Positions 17,705-27,633 of a stretch of DNA of 64,000 nucleotides are shown one piece after another. Numbering within the stretch: the stretch's first letter is position 1; each line of letters opens with the position of its first letter. Source of the stretch: a virus; the IMG/VR virus record IMGVR_UViG_3300003771_000090, positions 3,902-67,901 of that record; one strand, given 5' to 3'. A program made the translations under genes and the position numbers. The notes below the pieces were generated by a model. That model searched no databases. It had not been told where the DNA came from and saw nothing but the letters and a program-made list of their open reading frames with translations.

Positions 17705-18377
17705 GTGTCGCAACGCACCAGGTGGTCGCGAAGTGCGCAACGTCGCGCTTCAGATCAAAGCCATCTCCGATGATGGAACGATCGAGGGCTACGGGTCGGT
17801 GTTCGGCGTACGTGACAACTACGACGATGTCATCGCAAAGGGCGCGTTCGCTGGCAGTCTGACCCTGCATAAGTCGGAAGGAACGATGCCGGCCATGCTC
17901 TGGCAGCATGATCCGAACGAGCCGATCGGAGTGTGGTCGGAAATGTCCGAGGATGACCGTGGCCTGCTCGTCAAGGGGAAGCTCGCCCTTGAGACGACTC
18001 GCGGTAAGGAGGCCTACGCGCTGCTGAAGCTCGGTGCCATCTCCGGCCTGTCGATTGGCTTTATGTCCAAACAGTGGACGTACGACCGCGAAACCGACGT
18101 CCGCACGCTTACCGAGATTGACCTGTGGGAAGTCTCGATGGTTACGTTCCCGGCCAATGAGAAGGCCCGGATCACCAACGTCAAGGCTGCATCGGAAGAC
18201 CTTGCAGCCCCGAAAGATGCTGAGCGAATCCTGCGTGATGCCGGATTCAGCAAAGCCGACGCGACGGCATTTGTGTCGCGCGTCATGCAGATGGGAGAAG
18301 AGCGGAGGGATTCCGCGGATTCGACCGTGCAGGCAATGAAGGCCGCCCAGCGGCTGTTGTCCTCCCTTAACTCCTGA
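17685..18377 (+). CDS. Prohead protease (HK97 family)
   Basis: IEGYGSVFG, MLWQHD, GLSIGF, LWEVSMVTFPAN. Confidence 0.95.
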   Translation: MKRAMLECRNAPGGREVRNVALQIKAISDDGTIEGYGSVFGVRDNYDDVIAKGAFAGSLTLHKSEGTMPAMLWQHDPNEPIGVWSEMSEDDRGLLVKGKLALETTRGKEAYALLKLGAISGLSIGFMSKQWTYDRETDVRTLTEIDLWEVSMVTFPANEKARITNVKAASEDLAAPKDAERILRDAGFSKADATAFVSRVMQMGEERRDSADSTVQAMKAAQRLLSSLNS

Positions 18378-18389
18378 AATAGGTACACC

Positions 18390-19778
18390 ATGAACCAAAT
18401 GCACCGCGATTTCGGCGCGTTCCGCGCCAAGATGCTGGCCCTGACCGCCATCGGCATGATTGCCACGCTCCAGCTGCGCGACGATCCGACCATCAAGTCG
18501 GTAGCCGATGCAATCGATGCGATCGGTAAGGCCTTCGATGAGTACAAGAAGACCAACGACCAGCGTATCGAGGCCATCAAGAAGGGCCAGTCCACGGATG
18601 CGCTGGACGCCAAGCTCGCCAAGATGGACGAGCACATGAATGGCCTGTCCGATCAAAAGGGCCGGCTGGAGAGGCTGGAGGCAAAGTTGGCCCGCCCGGG
18701 CGCGCTGCCGAGCGGTGGACGTCAGGACGACGAGACACCCGAGGTCGCTGAGTATCGCGAAGCACTTGCCAACTGGATCCGCAAGTCGAACGACATCGAT
18801 CGTGAGGCGCGGCTGAAGGAGACGATTGGCGCGATCACCGCAAAGTCCAACGGCAATCAACTGGAGCGGCGCGCCGCCCAGGTGATCACCTCGACCGGTT
18901 CGGCCGGTGGCTTCGCGCTCCCGGAGATCATCGAACGCCAGATCGCACGCCTGACGGTGGATATTTCGCCGATCCGCCAGCTGGCGACTGTCCGTACGGT
19001 GGGCAGCCCCGACTACAAGGAACTGATTGACATCGGGGGCGCCGCATTTGAATGGCTGGGCGAAGGCGACACCCGCAACCAGACGAATACGTCGGATCTG
19101 GCGGAAGTCGCGCCGACCTTCGGCATGGCATCGGCCAAGCCGCAGGCGTCGGAAGAGTCGCTGGACGACCTGTTCTTTGATGTCGAGAGTTGGCTGATCC
19201 AGACGGCGTCCGAGGCAATTGGCCAGGGTGAGGGGGCGGCGTTTATCAACGGCAACGGCACCAAGAAGCCCACCGGCATCCTGGCGGGCCCGGCTCCGGT
19301 GGCGACCGCCGATTCCACGCGCGCCTTTGGCACCCTCCAGTACGTGGCATCGGCCCAGGCCGCAGCACTGCCCACTTCGGCCGACGTGTTCTACGACCTG
19401 GTGTACTCGCTGCGCGCGCGCTACCGCAACAACGCAAACTGGCTGACGAGCAAGCTGGTGCTGGCCGCGATGCGCAAGTACAAGGACTCGACCGGTCAGT
19501 ATCTGTGGCAGCCGTCTGTGGCAGCCGGCCAACCGTCGATGTTCATGGGCTACGGCGTGACCGAGGCCGAAGACATGCCGGCTGTGGCGGCCAACGCATT
19601 CCCCGTCGCGTTCGGTGACTTCAAGGAGGGCTATCTGATCGTTGACCGCGTGGGCATGCGTATCACCCGCGATGAGATCACCACGCCTGGCTTCGTGAAG
19701 TTCTACGTGCGCAAGCGCGTGGGCGGCAAGCTCCGCAACACCCAGGCCATCAAGCTGCTGAAGGTCGCAGCCTCCTGA
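18390..19778 (+). CDS. Major capsid protein (HK97 fold with delta domain)
   Basis: Coiled-coil N-terminus, GGFALPE, FINGNGTKKPTGIL, FGDFKEGY, RKRVGG. Confidence 0.95.
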   Translation: MNQMHRDFGAFRAKMLALTAIGMIATLQLRDDPTIKSVADAIDAIGKAFDEYKKTNDQRIEAIKKGQSTDALDAKLAKMDEHMNGLSDQKGRLERLEAKLARPGALPSGGRQDDETPEVAEYREALANWIRKSNDIDREARLKETIGAITAKSNGNQLERRAAQVITSTGSAGGFALPEIIERQIARLTVDISPIRQLATVRTVGSPDYKELIDIGGAAFEWLGEGDTRNQTNTSDLAEVAPTFGMASAKPQASEESLDDLFFDVESWLIQTASEAIGQGEGAAFINGNGTKKPTGILAGPAPVATADSTRAFGTLQYVASAQAAALPTSADVFYDLVYSLRARYRNNANWLTSKLVLAAMRKYKDSTGQYLWQPSVAAGQPSMFMGYGVTEAEDMPAVAANAFPVAFGDFKEGYLIVDRVGMRITRDEITTPGFVKFYVRKRVGGKLRNTQAIKLLKVAAS

Positions 19779-19846
19779 TCGACCCCGATCGAATGACCTG
19801 AACCGCACGGCGGCCTTGTAGTAGGCCGCCGCGCACGGAGAACTTC

Positions 19847-20299
19847 ATGAAACTCATTGCATTGCAGGACTTCAAGTGGGCCCACCGCGGCTGCATCGTC
19901 GAGGAATTCGAGAAGGGTCAGGAAATCCATACGGATGACCAGGATCTGATCGATGTATCCCGGCGCGAGGGTTGGGCCGAGGATGGCGACGCGGCTGACC
20001 GTGCGCGGGAGGAGGCTGCCGTCGCCGCTCGTGCGGCTGCTGATGCCGAGGCGAAGGCAAAGGCGGAAGCCGCAGCCCGCGAAGCCGCCGAAGCGGAGGC
20101 ACGGGCTAAGGCAGCAGCAGAGGCGGAAGCTGCCGAAAAGGCGAGGGTGGAAGCCGAAGCTGCTGAAAAGGCCAAGGCCGATGCAGAAGCCGCTGAGAAA
20201 GCAAAGGCTGAGGCAGAAGCCGCCGCCAAGGACGCTGAAGAAAAGGCCAACAAGCCTGCCGATAACAAGGCGCGCAAGGCCGCACCGGAGAACAAGTAA
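19847..20299 (+). CDS. Head-associated protein with Ala/Glu/Lys-rich repeat stalk
   Basis: Repeated EAEAAEKAKA-like units; KAAPENK C-terminus typical of the post-capsid gene. Confidence 0.8.
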   Translation: MKLIALQDFKWAHRGCIVEEFEKGQEIHTDDQDLIDVSRREGWAEDGDAADRAREEAAVAARAAADAEAKAKAEAAAREAAEAEARAKAAAEAEAAEKARVEAEAAEKAKADAEAAEKAKAEAEAAAKDAEEKANKPADNKARKAAPENK

Positions 20300-20302
20300 G
20301 CC

Positions 20303-20839
20303 ATGGCTCTGCGACGCACAACACAACCGACCGCTGAGCCGGTTCTGCTCGCAGAGGCCAAGCTGCATCTCCGCGTCGACCATGACGACGAGGATGAGCT
20401 GATCGACGAGCTCATCACTGCCGCTCGGGAGACCTGCGAGAAGCGTCTGCGTCGCACGCTGCTGACAAGCGGCTGGACTCTTACGCTGGACAGCTTCTCG
20501 GAGTTGCGCTGCCTCGAGAACCCACCGGTGGTCAGCGTGGGCAGTATCAGCTATCTGGACTCGTTGTCGGCATCGCAGACGCTGGACCCGGCGGCGTACG
20601 ACGTTGATTTTGCCAGTGAGCCGGCACGCATCCGGCCGGCGTCGAGCTGGCCTTCCACCGCAGCAAAGATGGCGGCCGTGACCGTCGTCTACACGGCTGG
20701 TTACCAGAGTGCGGCTGACATTCCCCGACCGATCAAACAGTGGATGCTGCTGGCGATCGGCGAGATGTACGAAAACCGCGAAGGGCTGCCGGAGAACTTC
20801 AACGACCGGTTGCTCGACCCCTACAAGATCTGGGGCTGA
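20303..20839 (+). CDS. Head-tail connector (HK97 gp6-like)
   Basis: EPVLLAEAKLHLRVD...ELITAARETCE...YENRE. Confidence 0.9.
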   Translation: MALRRTTQPTAEPVLLAEAKLHLRVDHDDEDELIDELITAARETCEKRLRRTLLTSGWTLTLDSFSELRCLENPPVVSVGSISYLDSLSASQTLDPAAYDVDFASEPARIRPASSWPSTAAKMAAVTVVYTAGYQSAADIPRPIKQWMLLAIGEMYENREGLPENFNDRLLDPYKIWG

Positions 20840-20841
20840 CC

Positions 20842-21168
20842 ATGAAGGCTGGAAAACTCAATCGGCGCATCAGGATCGAGCGGCCTGGCGCTGTGCCGGA
20901 TGCCTTGGGTCAGCCGACCCCTGGGTGGTCGCTTGTTGCAGAGGTCTGGGCGGACATTCGGCACCTGAATGGCCTTGAGACGCTGAAGGCCGACCAGCCG
21001 AAGTCTGTGGTGAAGGCCAGCATGCGGATTCGATACCGGGCTGACATCGACGCGTCGATGCGGGTCGTGTACGGTGCCGCCGTCTATGACATTCAGGCGG
21101 TTCTGCCGGATGAAGAGGACCGTGACCGGCTGGACTTGGCGTGCGAGATTGGAGCATCGGATGGCTGA
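20842..21168 (+). CDS. Head closure protein (SPP1 gp16-like)
   Basis: MKAGKLNRRIRIE...VWADI...IRYRADI. Confidence 0.9.
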   Translation: MKAGKLNRRIRIERPGAVPDALGQPTPGWSLVAEVWADIRHLNGLETLKADQPKSVVKASMRIRYRADIDASMRVVYGAAVYDIQAVLPDEEDRDRLDLACEIGASDG

Positions 21169-21508
21169 ATCCGCAGAATCAACTGTCGCGACGGCCTTGG
21201 GCGGAACCGGGATCAAGTTCTTCCCGGATGTCGCACCTACAGGCACGGCGGGTCCATATCTCACCTACCAGGCGGTCGGAGGTCAGGACGTCAACGACAT
21301 GTCGGGCCCTGCTGACCTTGAGAACGCCCGGATGCAGATCAACGCGTGGGCGGTGACCCGCGCGGGCGCAATAGCCGCTTTGCGTAGCGCGCGAAGCGCG
21401 CTGGTGGCGGTCGGTGGACTCCCAATCGGAGCGCCGGTAAGTACCTACGAACCGGACACCAAGCTTTACGGATCCAGGCTCGACTTTAGCCTTTGGTTCA
21501 AGCCGTAA
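21161..21508 (+). CDS. Tail terminator (DUF3168-like)
   Basis: FPDVAP...PYLTYQ...RMQINAWA. Confidence 0.8.
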   Translation: MAESAESTVATALGGTGIKFFPDVAPTGTAGPYLTYQAVGGQDVNDMSGPADLENARMQINAWAVTRAGAIAALRSARSALVAVGGLPIGAPVSTYEPDTKLYGSRLDFSLWFKP

Positions 21509-21527
21509 CTCTAAAACGGCTTTTCCC

Positions 21528-21551
21528 TGCCCGCTCTGCGCGGGCTTTTTC
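21528..21551 (+). terminator. Possible terminator before the tail tube gene
   Basis: GCCCGC-TCT-GCGCGGGC-TTTTT hairpin with U-tract. Confidence 0.5.
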
Positions 21552-21567
21552 ATTTGACGAGGTCAAA

Positions 21568-22209
21568 ATGCCATCTACCGCAATTTCCGCGCAGGGGTCG
21601 AAACTCGAAATCTCCAGCACTGCTGGGTCGGGCAAGACGATTACCGCTGTGGCGGTTGGATTTCCCACCGTTCTTACGTCCGCCGCACACGGCCTGAGCA
21701 ACGGCGACGTTGTGACGCTGGCCGGTCTGACTGGCGCGGACGCCGCGCTGCTGAACGGTCAGACCGCCGTGGTCAAGTACAAGTCGGCGAACACGATCGC
21801 CGTGGACATCGATACGACGGGCAAAACGATCACCGCGGCCGGCACGTTCACCCCCCTGGGTTGGACCAAGGTCGAGAACCTGGTGTCCTTCAAGGGCTTC
21901 GACGGTCAGGCCAGCGAACTGGACGTCACCGACCTGGACTCGACGGCCAAGGAATTCATGCTCGGGCTGCAGGACTGGGGTACCTTCAGCTTCGATGTGA
22001 ACCGTGACATGAACGACGCCGGCCAGCAAGCCGTCGATGCGTCCAAGCGCGCGGGGACGCAGAAGGCCTACAAGCTGACCATGCCGAATGGCAAGACCAA
22101 GACCTTCAATGCCTACTGCAAGAACAGCCCGCTGGAAGGCGGCGTTGACCAGGTGCTGAAGACCTCCGGTGTGACGCTGCGCATTACCGGCGACGTGGTG
22201 GACGCATAA
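21568..22209 (+). CDS. Major tail tube protein
   Basis: AISAQGSKL, DVTDLDSTAKEFMLGLQDWG. Confidence 0.9.
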   Translation: MPSTAISAQGSKLEISSTAGSGKTITAVAVGFPTVLTSAAHGLSNGDVVTLAGLTGADAALLNGQTAVVKYKSANTIAVDIDTTGKTITAAGTFTPLGWTKVENLVSFKGFDGQASELDVTDLDSTAKEFMLGLQDWGTFSFDVNRDMNDAGQQAVDASKRAGTQKAYKLTMPNGKTKTFNAYCKNSPLEGGVDQVLKTSGVTLRITGDVVDA

Positions 22210-22210
22210 C

Positions 22211-22615
22211 ATGGGCATGCTCACGAAAGCAGCAATTCTGGCCGCGGTGGACCTCGAAACGAAAGACGTCGAGGTCCCCGAGTGGGGCGGTACCGTTCGT
22301 GTTGCCATGATGTCGGGCAAGGCCCGCGACGAGTTTTTCGCACGGCAGGGCGAGGGCAAGGTGCCATACAGCCAATTTTCCGCCAGCGTACTGGTGGCGA
22401 CTGTGGTGGGCGAGGACGGAGCGGCGCTCTTCGAAGATGCCGACATCGAGGCGCTCCGGGCAAAAAGCCTGGCAGCTATGGAGCGCGTCCTGGCGGTGTC
22501 CCTCAAGCTCAACGGCATCGGCGCCAACGCGACCGAGGAAGCGGAAAAAAACTCCGGCGCCGCCCCGAGCGGCGATTCTGGTTCCGTCTCGCCCTCGCCC
22601 TTGGAAAGTCAGTAG
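22211..22615 (+). CDS. Tail assembly chaperone (G-like)
   Basis: LETKDVEVPEWGGTVRV; slippery A AAA AAC at 22546-22552. Confidence 0.9.
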   Translation: MGMLTKAAILAAVDLETKDVEVPEWGGTVRVAMMSGKARDEFFARQGEGKVPYSQFSASVLVATVVGEDGAALFEDADIEALRAKSLAAMERVLAVSLKLNGIGANATEEAEKNSGAAPSGDSGSVSPSPLESQ

Positions 22616-22905
22616 CCGAGGCGCAGGCGTGCATCTCTGGCGCCGAGTTCAACGAGTGGATGGCCTTCCACAAGCTTGAGCCGTGGGGCAGCCACTACGA
22701 CGACCTCCGGGCCGGGGTGGTGACGTCGATGATCGGCAACGTGCATCGAGACAGGAAGAGGCAGGCGAATCCGTTCGGCGATCTGGACTTCATTCCGTGG
22801 AATGAGCATTCCCGCGCAGGACGCGCAGCGGAGCCCATCTTGCTGGACGACGCGGAAGCCCAGTCGAACCTGATCGATCAGATGATGTTCCCAAAGAGGC
22901 AGTAA
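22546..22905 (+). CDS. -1 frameshift extension of the tail chaperone (GT-like)
   Basis: The -1 frame gives RFWFRLALALGKSVAE...EFNEWMAF...EPWG, typical of GT. Confidence 0.85.
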   Translation, partial: KKLRRRPERRFWFRLALALGKSVAEAQACISGAEFNEWMAFHKLEPWGSHYDDLRAGVVTSMIGNVHRDRKRQANPFGDLDFIPWNEHSRAGRAAEPILLDDAEAQSNLIDQMMFPKRQ

Positions 22906-23348
22906 TGGCGAAGCCGAGATCCGTCACAGTCGAGAACGAGGACGCGCTGAAGGCAGCGCTCAACGACCTGGATGAGATCGCCAGTGAGTCGGTGCTCCGC
23001 CAGGCCGCCGTCGCCGGCGCGCGCGAGATCCATGCCGAAGTGAAGCTGCGCGCGCCGGTCGACAAGGGCATCTATGAGGGCAAGCAGAGCAAGCGTCCGT
23101 TCGGGTTCCTGCGCGAGCACATCATCATCGCGTACGACGAGGAAGTGTCCATTCCTGGCCGATTGGCATCGTACATCGTGACGTGGTCCAAGGAGGCGTT
23201 CTACGGCCGGTTCCTCGAGTACGGCACGTCGAAGATGGCCGCGCAGCCGTTCCTCCGACCCGGCTTCGAGGCAAAGCGGAAGGCCGCCTCCGCCGCAGTC
23301 GACGAGGTCATCCAGCAAAAGGCGAAGGAGTTTTCCGGTGGCAAATGA
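22905..23348 (+). CDS. HK97 gp10-like tail component
   Basis: [30 protein letters not shown]. Confidence 0.9.
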   Translation: MAKPRSVTVENEDALKAALNDLDEIASESVLRQAAVAGAREIHAEVKLRAPVDKGIYEGKQSKRPFGFLREHIIIAYDEEVSIPGRLASYIVTWSKEAFYGRFLEYGTSKMAAQPFLRPGFEAKRKAASAAVDEVIQQKAKEFSGGK

Positions 23349-26079
23349 AACCGTAGTTCGCGTCACAGCTGACGCCAGCGGATACAAGGCCGAGCTGGAC
23401 AAGGCCCGGGCCAGCGCTGATGCCTTCATTGCGAAGCAGGAAGAGGCAGCACGCCGCACAAAGGCAGCGCAGGACGCAGTGGCAGAGGCGGCCAAGAACG
23501 GTTCCGACGCCAGCGCACGTGCGATCAACGCGTACGTCCAGCAGGTTGCGCGCTTGTCGGAGTCGGCCGGCAAGACCCGTGTTCAGCTGCTCGAGCAAAA
23601 GGCTGCCCAGCTGGGCGTGACCGAGGCCGTCGCCGACTACCTCAACAAGCTGAAAGAGGTGGAGCGCAACTCCGGCGGCGGAAAGAAGGTGCAGGACGCG
23701 CTCGAGGGCGTGGGCGTATCGGCCAGGCAGACGGCCGCCGCCATGCGCATGGTGCCGGCCCAGATGACGGACATTGTGACGCAGCTGGCCGGCGGGCAGA
23801 GCCCGCTGCTGATCCTGACGCAACAGGGTGGTCAGCTGAAGGACATGTTCGGCGGCATCGGGCCGGCAGTGCGCGCGGTTGGGACGTACGTGTCCAGCTT
23901 GATTAATCCGTTGACGGTCACCGCCGCTGCAGCGGCAGCGCTGGGCTATGCGTTCTACGCAGGCAACAAGGAAGCCAAGGAGTTCAACAATACCCTGGCT
24001 CTGACGGGTAACTATGCCGCTCAGACCGCGTCGTCGTTCCAGGGGCTGGCGCGCCAGGTGGCTTCGGATGCCAATTCATCGTTCGGCGATGCGCGTGACG
24101 TGCTGCTGGACCTCACGAAGAGCGGACGCTATACCTCCAGCGAGATGGAGTCGCTGGCCGCGGTGATCCTTCGGACCTCTCGGGCAACGGGCGAGTCGCT
24201 GGAAAACGTCAGCAAGGACTACGCAAAGCTGGCCGAAGATCCGGCAAAGTGGGCAGCAGAGCACAACCAGTCCATGCACTTCATGGACGTGGCGACCTAC
24301 CAGCACATCGTGGCGCTGCAGGAGTCAGGAGACAAGCACGCCGCCCTGAAGGCGGTAATTGACGCCACGACGGCCCAGGTTGCCAGTTCTTCTGTCGCCA
24401 ATCTGTCCAAGGCTGAGCAGGCGTGGCGCAGTGCCACCGCGGCAGTCTCCCGCTTCTGGGAAGAAACCAAGAAGGGACTGTCTACCGGCCCGACGCTGCA
24501 GGACCGGATCGACACGCTGATGGGCGAGCGTAGTGACATCCAGAGCAACCCTCTGGCCGCCGGCCGCGTCAAGCAAATCGATCAGCAGGTCGCACTACTT
24601 CAAGAGCAGCAGCGCATCGAGCAACGGGCGGCTGAGACGCAGGCGGCGAACGCCAAGCGGCAGGAAGCTGCCATCGCCGCCCAGCAGCGTGTCGACAAGA
24701 TGGCCGACACGGTGATGTCGAACGCCCAGCGCCGCCAGAAGGAGCTGGAGAAGCTGCAGAAGGACCGCGAGGCGATCTTGGCCGGTGGCGGCAAGTTCTC
24801 GGACGAAGACTATGCCAAGCTGGTGGCGGGGATCAACGACAAGTACAAGGATCCGAAAACCCCGAAGGCCAAGGCCGTTCAGGATGACGCGGCAACTCGT
24901 TTCATCCAGCAAATCCGCGATCAGGACGCTGCTACCCGCGCCGCGTTGGAGTCGAGCGACAAGCTGACAAACGCCGAAAGGATGCAGGCCAAGTTCCTCC
25001 AGGACATTTCCGACCTGAAGGAAAAGAAAATCCTCACGGCGGACCAGAAGAGCTTGCTGGCGCGGCAAGATGAAATCAAAGCGACGCTTCAGCAGTACGT
25101 CGCCGATGATCGGCGCCTTAAAGTGAAGGAGGACATCGCCAAGCTGGAGGAGCGGTCGGCAGCAGTAAATGCCCAGATCAGCAACTACCAGAAGTCTCAG
25201 AACGAGCAGTACCAGCGGCAACTGGACGCCATCGGGCGCGGCGGTGAGGCGCAGCGCCAGGCGGAGGCAGTCAAGTCGATCCACACCCAGTACGAGAATC
25301 TGCAGCTGCAGTTGGAGAAGGCAACGCCGGCGGCTGCGCGCAACTCCGAGGCCTACGTAAAGGCGCAGAAGGACATCAGCGACGGCCTCCAGCAGTCGCT
25401 GGCGGACTACGATACCTACTACTCGACGCTTCGCGAGAAGCAGACGGACTGGGTGAACGGCGCCACCGAGGCCATGGCCAACTACGCTGATTCGTCGCGC
25501 AATGCGATGGCTCAGGCCAGCAATGCCGCGACCAATGCGTTCAAACGTATGGAGGACGGCATTGTCGCCTTCGCGACCACCGGTAAGTTCAACTTCGGCG
25601 ACTTCGCCCAGGCGGTGATTGCGGACCTGATCCGCATTCAGGCTCGCGCGGCGTTGTCAGGGCTGTTCGGACAACTGGTAGGGCTGGCCACCGGCGCGTT
25701 GGGCGGCGCCGGCGGTACCGACACCGGTACGGCGGGCATCTCCAGTACGTCCCCTGTGGACATGAGCACGGTAACCGGGGTGGAAATGCGCGCCGGTGGC
25801 GGCTCTGTAAATGCTGGTCAGCCGTATATCGTCGGGGAAGTCGGCCCTGAGTTGTTCGTGCCCCCTGCCTCTGGAAGCATTGTTCCGAACGGCGCGCTTG
25901 GCAGCGTCGGCGCGGCTGGTGGTGGGGATGTGACGATCAATCAAAACATCCACATCGACAGTCGCTCCGACCAGGCGGTGATCTTGACGGCAATGAGGCA
26001 AGCGAAGGACGCCGCGGTCGCGGAGGTCAAGAAGAACTTCGCGCGTGGCGGAGACATCAGCCAAACAGCCAGGAGATAA
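23338..26079 (+). CDS. Tail tape measure protein (lambda H-like)
   Basis: 913 aa helical; [28 protein letters not shown]; C-terminal [11 protein letters not shown]. Confidence 0.95.
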   Translation: MANETVVRVTADASGYKAELDKARASADAFIAKQEEAARRTKAAQDAVAEAAKNGSDASARAINAYVQQVARLSESAGKTRVQLLEQKAAQLGVTEAVADYLNKLKEVERNSGGGKKVQDALEGVGVSARQTAAAMRMVPAQMTDIVTQLAGGQSPLLILTQQGGQLKDMFGGIGPAVRAVGTYVSSLINPLTVTAAAAAALGYAFYAGNKEAKEFNNTLALTGNYAAQTASSFQGLARQVASDANSSFGDARDVLLDLTKSGRYTSSEMESLAAVILRTSRATGESLENVSKDYAKLAEDPAKWAAEHNQSMHFMDVATYQHIVALQESGDKHAALKAVIDATTAQVASSSVANLSKAEQAWRSATAAVSRFWEETKKGLSTGPTLQDRIDTLMGERSDIQSNPLAAGRVKQIDQQVALLQEQQRIEQRAAETQAANAKRQEAAIAAQQRVDKMADTVMSNAQRRQKELEKLQKDREAILAGGGKFSDEDYAKLVAGINDKYKDPKTPKAKAVQDDAATRFIQQIRDQDAATRAALESSDKLTNAERMQAKFLQDISDLKEKKILTADQKSLLARQDEIKATLQQYVADDRRLKVKEDIAKLEERSAAVNAQISNYQKSQNEQYQRQLDAIGRGGEAQRQAEAVKSIHTQYENLQLQLEKATPAAARNSEAYVKAQKDISDGLQQSLADYDTYYSTLREKQTDWVNGATEAMANYADSSRNAMAQASNAATNAFKRMEDGIVAFATTGKFNFGDFAQAVIADLIRIQARAALSGLFGQLVGLATGALGGAGGTDTGTAGISSTSPVDMSTVTGVEMRAGGGSVNAGQPYIVGEVGPELFVPPASGSIVPNGALGSVGAAGGGDVTINQNIHIDSRSDQAVILTAMRQAKDAAVAEVKKNFARGGDISQTARR

Positions 26080-26081
26080 GC

Positions 26082-26675
26082 ATGGCAGTCCTCGACTGGC
26101 CTGACGGCATTGTTCCGTCGAAGGCGACGTGGAACCTGAAGTCGAATACGGAAAGCTTCACGTCGCCGCTTAACGGCTCGTCGCAAACCATTGAGCGGCC
26201 TGGTGCGCGATGGAAGGTTTCACTGGAGTTCCCGCCTCTGAAGGATCCCGATCGTGGTCGGCTGGAGGCCTTCCTTGCCGCCCTCAACGGCATGGCGGGT
26301 CGATTCACAATCTGGCCGCATGGGCGGCCTGGTAGCTCTCCCTACAGCCCGCTTGTCAACGGAACTCTGACGGACTTTAAATCACTTCCGACCAAGTCTT
26401 GGCCAGCTTCAACGGTGGTCCTGCGCGCGGGAGATTTTCTAGCCGTAAATGGCGAACTGAAGATGGTTACTGCGGACGTGACCAGCGATTCGAGTGGGCT
26501 GGCTAGTGTTCCGGTATCGCCACCGTTCCGAAAGGCTCCGGCGGCAAACTCGGTGATCACGCTGAACAAGCCGCGGGCGACGATGATGCTGGCCTCAGAC
26601 GAAAACGGGATAGCGGTCGTCCAGGGAAGGTTCTCGGACTCTGTGGCGATAGGGATGATTGAGGTGTTCTTATGA
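26082..26675 (+). CDS. Distal tail (Dit-like) protein
   Basis: Position after tape measure; FTSPLNGSSQTIERPGARW. Confidence 0.7.
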   Translation: MAVLDWPDGIVPSKATWNLKSNTESFTSPLNGSSQTIERPGARWKVSLEFPPLKDPDRGRLEAFLAALNGMAGRFTIWPHGRPGSSPYSPLVNGTLTDFKSLPTKSWPASTVVLRAGDFLAVNGELKMVTADVTSDSSGLASVPVSPPFRKAPAANSVITLNKPRATMMLASDENGIAVVQGRFSDSVAIGMIEVFL

Positions 26676-27226
26676 CGCGCGCCTTGGATGGAGGGACTGT
26701 CTCGGCAGTTACTTCCGGCCATGTTCCATACCTGTTCTTCGTGGAGTTGGGGTTCTCGAGTCCGCTTCGTGTCTGCAGCGCCGGCTATGACATGGATTGG
26801 AACGGATTTACGTGGATGGGGCTCGGTGCACTCGGCAGTATCGAGCCTGTCGAGGAGCAGGCGGGCCTGGAGGCCATCGGCGTTAGCCTGACTTTGACTG
26901 GCGTCCCGAGCGATATGGTCGCGATCTCGTTGCTGGAGCAGTACCAGGGTAAGCCTTGCCAGATATGGTTTGCACCGCTCCGCGAGGACATGCAGCTCGT
27001 GGTGCAGCCAACGCGTCTGTTCTCTGGACGGATGGACACGATGAACACGGAAGTGGGCGATACGGCGACAATCACCCTTTCGGCTGAGTCCCGCATGGTT
27101 TCCTGGGATCGACCGAGAACCCGTCGCTTTAACAACGAGGATCAGCAGAGCCGCTATCCGGGGGACCGCGGCCTCGAGTTCGTGGCGCAGATGGTAGAGA
27201 AAAACCTGACTTGGGGGCGTGGATGA
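26672..27226 (+). CDS. Baseplate hub-like tail protein
   Basis: WNGFTWMGLG, FSGRMD, QQSRYPGDRGLEF. Confidence 0.75.
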   Translation: MTRALDGGTVSAVTSGHVPYLFFVELGFSSPLRVCSAGYDMDWNGFTWMGLGALGSIEPVEEQAGLEAIGVSLTLTGVPSDMVAISLLEQYQGKPCQIWFAPLREDMQLVVQPTRLFSGRMDTMNTEVGDTATITLSAESRMVSWDRPRTRRFNNEDQQSRYPGDRGLEFVAQMVEKNLTWGRG

Positions 27227-27624
27227 TGCGTCTGGATGACTGGCCTACGAGACTGGCCGCCTTTGTCGAAGCCCGCCGAGAGCGGGCTTTTTCTTGGGGC
27301 GAATCCGACTGCTGCCTTTTTGTCTGTGACGGCGTGGAAGCGATTACCGGTGTGGATCCTGCGGCCCGTTGGCGCGGTCTGTACACGAGCGAGAAGGGAG
27401 CGCGCCGGCTCCTGCGAGACAACGGCGGAGTGGCGGGGCTGGCGGAACTGGCCTTCGGCTCTCCGATTCAGACACCACTGGCTGGCCGTGGCGATGTGGT
27501 GCTTATCGATACGCCGGCCGGAGAGGCACTTGCCCTATGCACTGGGCAAGTGATTGCCGCGCAAGGTGAGGTCGGTCTCGAATTCCATCCCATTGGCGCC
27601 GCAAAGGCTGCATGGAAAATTTAG
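27223..27624 (+). CDS. NlpC/P60-like tail tip protein (DUF6950-like)
   Basis: RLDDWPTRL...FSWGESDCCLF...GRGDV. Confidence 0.75.
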   Translation: MMRLDDWPTRLAAFVEARRERAFSWGESDCCLFVCDGVEAITGVDPAARWRGLYTSEKGARRLLRDNGGVAGLAELAFGSPIQTPLAGRGDVVLIDTPAGEALALCTGQVIAAQGEVGLEFHPIGAAKAAWKI

Positions 27625-27633
27625 GAGAAGCGC

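Noticed and set aside
17556-19808. 750-aa minus-strand ORF
   Set aside because: Antisense shadow of the protease and capsid genes caused by high GC at third codon positions.
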